Of a DNA stretch of 64,000 nt, positions 27,959 to 37,649 are shown one piece after another (the first letter of the stretch is position 1; each line of letters starts with the position of its first letter). The stretch comes from Eledone cirrhosa (lineage: Eukaryota), in NCBI GenBank assembly GCA_964016885.1, contig OZ024742.1, forward strand, positions 111,290,001 through 111,354,000, written 5' to 3'. The translations under genes were made by a program, and so were the position numbers. Under the pieces are notes generated by a model. The model saw nothing but the letters and a program-made list of their open reading frames with translations, was not told where the DNA came from and did not search any database.

Positions 27959-28754
27959 TTACAAATATTATTTTGCAACATTAACATAACCTTATTTCAA
28001 ATTGTAGAACCCAGCGTTGTATAATGATAATAACATCCGTGAAAAACCTAATGTTTCCTTTCGGTGTAAGAATGGGAACAAAGAACTTGAGGGCGATAAT
28101 ACCGATAATAAGCTGATTCGGCACTAAATTTGTATTTCCTTCAGATCTCTACATAGATTGCGGTCTATTTATCCTGAGAATTTTTAATCGTCAAAAACAA
28201 AATTCTTTCAAAACTAACTACATGAATTTTTAAGAAGCTTAAACTAAATAGAATGTTTGATGTTATTTTCAGGGATTTTAAAATTAAATACAATAACTAA
28301 TTGAATATTATTACCAAGCATTAGTAACCTTAGGCTAGGTAACTATCGTAATGACTCAGTCAATTTTAACAACGCAAATATTTGAGAGATTATGAAATCA
28401 GATATATCATTTAATAATATGTTTATTTTTTCGTGCTATTTAGAGAAACGATCCTAGTGTTCGTGTTGCCTCTTAGTATTGAAAGGATATTGTAAAACAT
28501 AGTTGCTTTATTTTGGTATCTAAATATATCAAGGGATATTAGGTAACACAAACAACATCTATATATTACTAAAACTCTGGGATTGCTTGCTTGCCTGTCT
28601 TGTAATGTAATACTGCCAAAAGGGTGCATAGAGAGAGGGAATGGGAATGGAAGAGAGAGAGAGAGAGCTGGTGCTGTTGCTTTGTTAGTGTACGTGTATG
28701 TATATATATGTGTGTGTGTCTATGACCAGTGTATATAGATCACAGACCCCCCCC

Positions 28755-28799
<45 letters not shown>

Positions 28800-28802
<3 letters not shown>

Positions 28803-30172
28803 AATCAGGAAAGAAGATTGACATGGTTTGCAATACAAAAAAGGTGCACTTATGGGTTCCACAACCCTCGCCAAAAAAATATGGGAACTGAAGGACAGCA
28901 GCACGAACTACAGTATTAACTGGTCGAAGTTGTCGGCTGCTAAAACCTATAGTACAGGTATGTCCCACTGCGGGCTATGTGATCTAGAACTAATGTATAT
29001 CCTCAAAAATGTAAAAAGGCTACTTAACAATAAGTTAGAAAGATCTATCTTCTGCAGACATAGAATTGCCACTAAATTCATAAGATTCAAACCTCCGTGA
29101 ATCGAACCAACACAACATAGCTTTAAACTAGGATACCCACTACCTGCATAAATCACCACAGAAATATACTCATTAAGTACACTCTAGCTTTCACAGGTCT
29201 ATACCACACAAATGTATGTAAGTACCTCATCAACCCATAAACTTATTCCTTCTCAGCTGCTGCCATCACTTGATCCTAAATCCAGCTATTTCTCAAATCA
29301 CTACTACAATGTAACTTTAACTTCCTTTTTCCATAATTACAATCAGCACGCTTATCTCTTTGCATGCATGTATATTTTTGTACGAGTGTATATTGATGTG
29401 TATGTATGTGTCTATGTACACATGCGTGTGTATATATATATATATATATATATGTGTGTATATATGTGCATATATATATATGTGCATTACCTCCTTAACC
29501 TCTGTATTAACTCGCCCACTATTTAGCTTTGATAGTGTTGTCCCATTCATGTATGTTATTGAAGATGAAAAGAAAGACTGTAAACACCGGACTATCTTTA
29601 AAATTGATACAATACACCCTACGACACTCCGTACATGCCAAACTTATACTTCTGCTTCATGTCAGCTAGTTTTACACGCCGAAATATTAGATACACTATA
29701 CCCCCACCTAATGTAATGTCAGGGTCTCCTCAAATAATTTATTAATAGCATTGTTGTAATTGTTCTAACTGAATGCCATTACTACTTCATATAGTAGCCT
29801 GTATATTCCTTTCATGCCTGTATATTCTCTTCATTCTCGCATGCTCCGAAGAACTGACTGGTTATAATTTTGTATTGGCGATCGAGTAACGTGAAAACAA
29901 GCGAATAGCGATATCTAGACCTACCAGTTCAGAGAAACAATTGTCAGCAATGAGATTAAAAACCTTTTTGTATAGCAAACCATGTCAATCTTCTTTCCTG
30001 ATTTATTATTACTCCAAGTGTTTACAACATAGGAATTACAGCATACTCGCAAATCACTATGAAAATGCCTTGTTGAGTCAAACCAAGCCAAGCGTTGATA
30101 TCATCCACTACCCAGAATACCATAACTGGACTATACCTAAGTGGACTGCATATAACTATTATTTGTTACCCC
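28800..30172 (+). mobile_element. Internally deleted PLE: GIY-YIG C-terminus, long 3' UTR, hammerhead, TA-flanked
   Basis: ORF 28828-29100 reads STTLAKKIWELKD...W...AKTY...CGLCDLE...LLN..LE...CRH. Hammerhead motif at 29842-29949. Confidence 0.8.
29842..29949 (+). ncRNA. Type-I hammerhead ribozyme motif (U4C variant)
   Basis: TGCT-CCGAAGA-aCTGACTGGT...ACCAGTTCAGa-GAAA-CAATTG-TC-AGCA. Stem I TGCT/AGCA, palindromic stem III ACAATTGT, GUC site. Confidence 0.7.
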
Positions 30173-30240
30173 GTATATATATATATTTTTATATACATAT
30201 ATACAAACACGCACATTTATATATATTTATATATATACAT

Positions 30241-30291
<51 letters not shown>

Positions 30292-30926
30292 TATATATAT
30301 GGGCCTTCCAGTTTCATTTTACATCATATTCATGTCTGTGTATATTTTAATTATTTAAAAATTATTTTAAAGTGAACAATATTTTAAAAAAGTACTCTTA
30401 AGTGAACCTGACCCAACGGGTGACGAGTGGTCTAGTTAGAAATAAAAGTACGAATAAAAATAAATCTTGATGAAAGCCTATATTCAATCAACATATCCAC
30501 CCGAGTAGCAAAAGTTTTTAATGTTCTGACAAAGAAATATTTTCGCCAACCATGTATATTAGATTGCTAAGCAAAAGTCTGAATATTTTGACTGATCTAC
30601 TATTTGAATTAATCCGAACTTTACATACCAAATCTATCGTCTATAACTCGTAATTGCATACACCTACATATATGCCCCTTTAACATTATTTACTCCTAAT
30701 TCCATTTCGAAATCATGCATTAGTTTTCTACCAAAATTCGCTATTCCCTACACTTGCATGTATTTAAGAACCAATGAAATACTTTTTAAATATATCAAAT
30801 TTAATGAGAAATGAGTAACAATGATTACAATAAAACTTTATTGTCATTTTAACGTTTCTGTTACGTATTTTACACACGGAGCATAGGCATGTATGTGGAA
30901 AAGTGAGATAGTGCGTTTGATATAAT

Positions 30927-31039
30927 TGTTTCTATCTTTGGCACAAGCCCAGAAATTCTCCCAGTGCATCACTGGTGCTTCAATTTATCGACCCTGTAAG
31001 GATGAAAGGAAAAGTTAACCTCGCTGGGATTTGAAGTCT
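30927..31039 (-). mobile_element. 5'-truncated SINE-A
   Basis: 3' half of SINE-A. Degenerate TSD GTGCGTTTGATATAAT / GTGTGTTAGATATAAT. Confidence 0.8.
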
Positions 31040-32139
31040 GTGTGTTAGATATAATACTACGCCGCTTTACTCACTTGAATAATCCATTTAATATACCTTC
31101 ATAACGTGGAATGCCAATGGAAAAGGTTTTATGTATAAAACAACGTTCAACTTGTAGTTAATAACTATACACATATAACATACGAAACATGATATTGCCA
31201 TTACGTTTTCTATTCCTCATTGAAACACGTTTCCTCTTATGGTTGTGAATAACATTAGGGAATATATTCAAACAGTTCATTCTATGTCTTAGAACAACAG
31301 CTTAGTCTCATAGCAAGAAACCTATATTGCACCATCCAATAACTTACATTGGAAACAAGGTTAAAAAGGTCCTCAAATCCTTGGCTACGTCTCAGATTAT
31401 TTCCTGATCATTTATTGTGAAGCCACATATATAACATAGTTACGAAGACATTTTAAATGTAGGTATCCCCTTCAGGACAGATACATTAGCTACTGCGTCT
31501 CGGACACCCGACATAATACTACTGAGCTGTTTGAATATTTCAAATCAAACCAATAATGACAACAACAGTCTCATTAATAAAGACTCCCTTTATAAGAATC
31601 AGCCTTATTTAATTCACAAAAGCCCTGCATATTCAATAGTGTTCTAATACAACTGAATATCAAGTTACTTTATAAGCTCAAGCAATACACCCGCCAATTA
31701 ACCTCTCTACACTTATATTTCGTCTCGTCAAAAATACTTATGTAGATTCAATCCGGTGGATATCAACAAATTTCACGAATTGGCTGCAGAGAATGATTTA
31801 CTTCTAACACTGAAATGCCTGACATTGAAAACGAAAGTCAATATTTTCAATAACACTAGTCATAGAACGGTTACCAAGTGAAATAGGCTTCTTGCACCCA
31901 ACTGAACGTCAAAACAATCGCAAATGAGGTTAGATACGCTTCATGTTTTTGTGAGTCAGATAACAAAAATAGGCAAGAATACCAAAAGTACACACACACA
32001 CACACATGGAATCAAGATGGTGTGGGACAGAGCAAAGGTGAGACAGAAAATAACACGCTATAATAGACACTCCGTCAGTTACGACACGAGTGCTCCAGGT
32101 TGCACTATTAACGGAATAGCTAGAATTTAACATGAAAAT

Positions 32140-32618
32140 GCCTAAGCGTTCCAGGGAGATTCTGCGTTACACATAATATGACAAGTCTGGTACAACTCAT
32201 TTTCTAGAGCTGAGTCGACGAGAACAATGTGAAATAAAGTATGTGGCTAAAAAACGCAACTCGTCGGATGGAATTGAACTCCCGGACGTACCCTAGTCAC
32301 AAAGCCATGTGGTTAGGGAATTCGGCTGATGATCGTAAGTTAGTGAGGTCGATTCCCGACGGCGCACTGTGTCCTTGAGCAAGACACTTCTTTTCACGTG
32401 GCTCAAGTCCACTTAGCTGGCAAAAAATGCGTTGTACCTGTAATTCGAAGGGCCAGCTTTGTCACATACTGTGTTACGCTGAATCTCCCTGAGAACTTCG
32501 TGGAAGGTAAGCGTGTTCATGGAATAATCAGTCACTTGCAAGTTAGTTTCACGAGCAGACTGTTCCGTTGATCGGATCAACTTGAACACTCCTCGTCGTA
32601 ACCGACGGATTTTCATCC

Positions 32619-32620
<2 letters not shown>
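32140..32620. mobile_element. Head-to-head pair of decayed SINE-B copies
   Basis: Plus copy from about 32305 has GGTCGATTCC and GTCCTTGAGCAAGACAC. Minus copy at 32140-32305 has TGTGAAATAAAGT and GGAATTGAACTC. Confidence 0.65.
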
Positions 32621-32660
<40 letters not shown>

Positions 32661-32733
32661 GTGTGTGTGTGTGTGAGAGTGTGCATTCCTGTCTATACAA
32701 ATGTAAATATGTTTATATATATATATATATATA

Positions 32734-32986
32734 TAGAAGTGGTTACACAACAGTTAGTTCACCATACCGAGAGACAATTGTTTCACCTTAGCGGAACCTC
32801 AGCTCGTAATGGACATGGTTATACGGAACAGTTCCGTATGATCATGTCCATTAGGAGCTGAGGATCCGCTAAAGTGAAACAATTGTTCTCGGCATGGTGA
32901 ACTAACTGTTGTGTAACTACTTCTAACTAATTCGTCCCATGGACTGAGTGCTCTACCACTACGGATATTACCTTCCAGTGTTCTAC

Positions 32987-32991
<5 letters not shown>
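32734..32991. mobile_element. Fold-back element with hammerhead motif in each arm, in (TA)n
   Basis: Inverted repeat 32734-32829 / 32831-32925. Plus-arm motif GAG-CTGAGGA-TCCGCTAAAGT-GAAA-CAATTG-TT-CTC at 32855-32890. About 65 nt of tail. Confidence 0.8.
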
Positions 32992-33057
<66 letters not shown>

Positions 33058-33135
33058 TAATCTGAGTTTTTCGAATATTAATAATAATATTCGATTCGTT
33101 TGCAATAATGTTATATATTATATATATATATATTG

Positions 33136-33960
33136 TTATACTTGGGGAGGGTCATATTTGTGTAATAATATTGCCAGAATTAATAACAGAACACACTCAC
33201 GGGTTGGTTGGTTTTCGCTTCTGTGTCTTTTATATCGGTTAATTTAATTTATTCGGTCCTCAATGTTGCCATTGACTGACCAACGGTCAAAAATAATACA
33301 GATATAATATAGACACAAACACATATATATAGTCTATCAAAGTTCATTCGTTGCACATCTGCAACATCGTCAGTGTTGCTATTATGTTTCCTTCCGTTGC
33401 ATGGTATGCTTATGCCATCTATATTTAGTCTGTTTATTTATTTATTTACTTGTTTATATTGCTGTCTTCTCTGCGCATGCGTTTGCGTGTGTGTATAATG
33501 TTTTGTTTGATGTGTGTTTTTGTTTGGGTGACTGTGTATTGGTTAATATATTCTATCTTAGTTTACTAGTGTGTATTGATATGTGTTTGTTGTTATTGTG
33601 CTTGTGTATGTATTTATTTAATAAAAAAATATATAAACTACTAAATAAAGATGGCGTAAGCATACAATGCAACGGGAGGAAACATAATAGCAACACTGAC
33701 GATGTTGCAGATGTGCAACGAATGAACTTTGATAGACTATATATATGTGTTTGTGTCTATATTGTATCTGTATTTTTTACCGTTGGTCAGTCAATGGCAA
33801 CATTGAGGACCGAATAAATTAAATTAACCGATATAAATGACACAGAAGCGAAATCCAACCAAACAGTGAGTGTGTTCTGTTATTAATTCTGGCAATATTA
33901 TTACACAAATATGACCCTCACCAAGTATAATCGACACGCGATTTCATATCACGATTTCAC
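33136..33960. mobile_element. Family A-related fold-back element with arms of about 290 bp
   Basis: 33136-33429 is the reverse complement of 33640-33930. CTGACGA-T-GTTGCA-gatg-TGCAAC-GAAT at 33696-33723. Terminus ATGACCCTCmCCAAGTATAA. Confidence 0.85.
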
Positions 33961-33969
33961 ATATATATA

Positions 33970-34166
33970 TATGTAGATACATCTACCAAAATATAAGGTA
34001 GTGTCCAATCCGTATGAAGAACTGAATGTAATCCAAATATCATGAAACGAGAAGATGTATTCAAGAACTTGGAAAACAGTGATGATAAATTATAAAAACA
34101 ATGAATAAAAACAAAGAAACAGTTCTTTATATTAAACAATTCATCATTTTACGATCGTTTCTAGGA
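33970..34166 (-). mobile_element. TA-flanked fragment starting with the 3' half of a hammerhead
   Basis: Minus strand reads GAAA-CGATCG-TA at 34161-34150, giving palindromic stem III ACGATCGT. Shares TACATCTACCAA with 34449. Confidence 0.45.
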
Positions 34167-34217
34167 TATATATGTTCGTGTTGGTATGTATATCATATAG
34201 ATCTATGTATATATAAG

Positions 34218-34377
34218 ATATAAAAGACACAGAAGCGAAAACCAACCAAACAATGAGTGTGTTCTGTTATTAATTCTGGCAATATTATTACACAAATATG
34301 ACCCTCCCCAAGTATAACAATATTTGTTTCGACACACGATTTCATATAAAAAACCTCGCAAAACTAATTCATCACCG

Positions 34378-34380
<3 letters not shown>
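34218..34380 (+). mobile_element. Third partial copy of the 33136-33960 element 3' end
   Basis: Direct match to 33830-33930 plus tail, ending in (TA)n. Confidence 0.85.
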
Positions 34381-34436
<56 letters not shown>

Positions 34437-34443
<7 letters not shown>

Positions 34444-35186
34444 TTAGTACATCTACCAACATATGTGTACAGATGTACACTCATGCTAGAAAATATATAA
34501 GTTATGTCTTAGTACCTATGTGGTTCTATGCAGTTGAATGCAGAACAATTATATGAAAGACGTAAAATAAGAAAATTTTAAAAATTAATTAGTAAGTAAG
34601 TTGATTTTTAATTTTAAACATTTTCTTATTTTACGTCTTTTATATAATTGTTCTGCATTCACCTGCATAGAACCACATAGGTACTAAGACATAACATATA
34701 TATTTGCTAGCATGAGTGTACCTCTGTACACATATGTTGGTAGATGTACTAATTCTCTATATTTAACTCCAAATTATTTGTTGAGCAAAACTTGCCAACA
34801 TTTACTGCTGTTTCATGGTAGTAGTAGGCTTTTGTCATAATACCACCCCGCTCCTAACTGATTAACCTCGGTGTCACGTGATTGATTCTTTAGAATCTGC
34901 CACTGACCAGAGGCATTGACATTTTTTCAGTGATCCGGAATTTAGTCCTCGCTTGCTTCATTCCATCTACTGAATTATCATTTTTATATGAGTTCCTAGT
35001 GTCCGCGCATTGCCTGGGAACTTAGCTGAGAATAGACTCCCGGATGACGTAATGAATTCTCTATAGTTATATATATTATGTAACTATATTTATCCCATTA
35101 CAGAAACTAATTAGTTGGAGTGAAAATTTTAGTAAGTAAGTTGATTTTTAATTTTTAAAATGTTCTTATTTTACGTCTTTCATATA
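34437..35186 (+). mobile_element. Retrozyme-like element: 540-nt terminally redundant unit plus inverted 5' arm
   Basis: Direct repeat 34589-34646 / 35129-35186 (offset 540). Inverted repeat 34437-34588 / 34607-34758. Hammerhead at 35036-35121. Confidence 0.75.
35036..35121 (+). ncRNA. Type-I hammerhead ribozyme motif (U4G variant)
   Basis: ACTCC-CGGATGA-cGTAATG...CATTACa-GAAA-CTAATTAG-TT-GGAGT. Perfect stem I, 10-nt palindromic stem III ACTAATTAGT. Confidence 0.75.
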
Positions 35187-35194
35187 TATATATA

Positions 35195-35225
<31 letters not shown>

Positions 35226-35270
35226 TAGAATGTGGAGTAGGAGCACACGAGTTGGAATATATATATACAT

Positions 35271-36590
35271 ATAGGGAGAAAAAGACAATTATTAGGAAGA
35301 AAAACATTTTTTCCTTTACTTTTTTCTCTTTTTTCTGGGTTAGAAAATGTTTAAAACAAAATATTTTACTTTGTGTGAAGTGTTAAGTTACTCGTTAATG
35401 TATTTATTAATTAACAATGGTATTTATTCATTTATTTATTTATTTATTTATTTATATATTTAATAATTGTCTATTACACGTTTCAACATTTTATGCATTA
35501 TCAAAGGGAGAATTTGTATTGGCATAAAATGTTGGAGAGAAGATAACGTCATGTTGAACATGTTAAGGAAATGGGAAAGAAAGAATAATATTATTTACAA
35601 ATAAGGTGGATTGGCAGTATCGGTAGATTGGCGGTGGATTGGCAGTATCGGTAGAGGGTCGGACGCCATGATTTCCAGCATAGTTACGTCCCTTTACGAT
35701 CATAGTTCAAATCCCGCCGAGGTTGACTTTGCCTTTCATCCTTACGGGGTCGATAAAATAAAGTACTTTGCTGGCCTTGTTCCTAAAGTAGAAACAATTA
35801 TTTAGAAACAAGGTTTTTAAAGTAAAAAGAAAAAAAGAAAAAAAGGGGTGATATGGAACATGATAAGGTAATGGGAAAGAAGGAATAATATTATTTACAG
35901 GCATAGTTCTTGAGGATAAGCAGTTCAAAAAGTGTTATTATGGCAAGAGCGCTTGGTTGAACCACGATGGAGGCAAATGGTAATCTGGGGTTGGATATGT
36001 TTTCCCTTTTTAGAGAGTTAATATGCAGGGGAAGGTAATTCATGGTGGACGGGTAGGGGAGAGAGAGATGAGAGAGGGTAATTCATTTATATAAGAAAAG
36101 GGATTAGGTAGGGTGTAGGGAGGTAACTCTTTAGAGAACATAGGAATTTGGGGCTTTGGTTCATTGTTCATTCCAGTTTTAGTTTATTCCGAAGTTTAGT
36201 CCATTAAGTAGAGGTTGGAATTTGTTAATGATATACGTTTCGTTATTGTTACGATGGATGAAAAAGCGTTGTCTATGAATTTGTAAATGGGGAAAGTTTG
36301 GATGTTGGTTAGGTGCACAATTGGCGATAAGTTCACTAAAAGCAATCTTTCTGCATTCCTGTATTTTGATTTGTGATCTATGGACGGTCATACGTTGTCC
36401 GAGGCTGCTTTTTGTCTGTCCTATGTAGTGCTCTCGACAACCTGAGCAGGTCAAAACATAGATTAGGTTTTCAGATGCACATGTAAAGTTGTATTTAACT
36501 GTGAAATGTTGTCCTTGTTTAAAGTGGAATGGTGAACCTTCTATTAGATTTATGCATATACTACAGTTGGGCCTTACGAATTTGTTTTAT
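35271..36590 (-). mobile_element. Neptune-type PLE remnant: Cys-rich linker, GIY-YIG endonuclease and probable 3' UTR
   Basis: Minus strand 36590-36179 reads RPNCSICINL...FTCASENLIYVLTCSGCREHYIGQTKSSLGQRMTVHRSQI...FQPLLN. Confidence 0.85.
35605..35800 (+). mobile_element. SINE-A with duplicated head
   Basis: GGTGGATTGGCAGTATCGGTAGA occurs twice. Degenerate TSD ATTATTTACAAATAAGG / ATTATTTAGAAACAAGG. Confidence 0.9.
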
Positions 36591-36690
36591 CCCTCCCCCT
36601 CCCTAGTATCTTCTTTGACCTCCTGCCAGGCTGTAGTTGGCACTATCTACGGCTATTCATATACTAGGATAAACATTTTCATTTAGTCCA

Positions 36691-36824
36691 GAATTAGCCG
36701 TCGAAACGGCTTGAGCTCAGCCGTCGGGGTCCTACTCGTTCCTATTACCCACTCTACTACCCTAAGTATTGAGTACTTTGGTGCGTTATGGTCCACCTGG
36801 TTCCGTACCAAATTTCCTTCGTTA
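36691..36824 (+). mobile_element. Family C element terminus
   Basis: TAGCCGTCGAAACGGCTTGAGCTC...GGTCCACCTGG...TTCGTTA then (TA)n. Confidence 0.8.
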
Positions 36825-36837
36825 TATATATATATAT

Positions 36838-36934
36838 AGTAATAATAATAAATTTGAAGACTAAACCCAAAGAGGGTTCGATAAGGATAAATATATATCA
36901 AATATATAAGAACTGTAGAGCAAATAATCTGTTA

Positions 36935-36940
<6 letters not shown>
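36838..36940 (-). mobile_element. Family B terminus between TA tracts
   Basis: Reverse complement of about 1340-1430. Confidence 0.75.
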
Positions 36941-36990
<50 letters not shown>

Positions 36991-36993
<3 letters not shown>

Positions 36994-37185
36994 CGAAGGA
37001 AGTGTGGTAAGGAACCAAGTGGACCATAACACACCAGAGTACTCAATACTTAGGGAAGTAGAGTGGGTAATAGGAAAGTGTTCAAGACCCCGACGGCAGA
37101 GCTCATGCCGTTTCGACGCTTATTTCTGAACCAGAAATAGCCGTCGAAACGGGTTGAGCTCTGCCATCGGAGTCTTGAACCTTTT

Positions 37186-37190
<5 letters not shown>
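36991..37190. mobile_element. Family C fold-back element in (TA)n
   Basis: Inverted repeat 37070-37128 / 37132-37190. The long arm extends to 36991. Confidence 0.85.
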
Positions 37191-37237
<47 letters not shown>

Positions 37238-37240
<3 letters not shown>

Positions 37241-37606
37241 GATATTAACAAATGGAAACTATATTTATAAAACCATATTTATTTTATGATACATATTTCA
37301 AGGACACCACATTAAATTATGGTATGCTTTCATCAGACAAAATACAATATAGATCAATTTTATAAATAAATATTGACATACCCTTAACAAATGCAACCAT
37401 TACTGTTGGAAGCTCATGTATTTTGTCTGATGAATACCATAATTTAATGTGGTGTCCTTGAAATATGTATAATAAAATAAATATGGTTTTATAAATATAG
37501 TTTCCATTTGTTAATATCGTATGTTTACTCCAAATACTTGTTCAGTGCTTTATATCAGTTATAAAAAGATTTGCTTGTTGTATCACAACAATTTAAATAG
37601 AATTTT

Positions 37607-37610
<4 letters not shown>
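37238..37610. mobile_element. Family D fold-back element with two hammerhead motifs
   Basis: Inverted repeat 37238-37346 / 37417-37521, homologous to 54685-54914, TA-flanked. Confidence 0.85.
37281..37343 (-). ncRNA. Type-I hammerhead ribozyme motif with intact core
   Basis: ATTTTGT-CTGATGA-AAGcATACCATA.atttaa.TGTGGTGTcCTT-GAAA-TATGTA-TC-ATAAAAT. AUC cleavage triplet, paired stems I and II. Confidence 0.8.
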
Positions 37611-37649
<39 letters not shown>

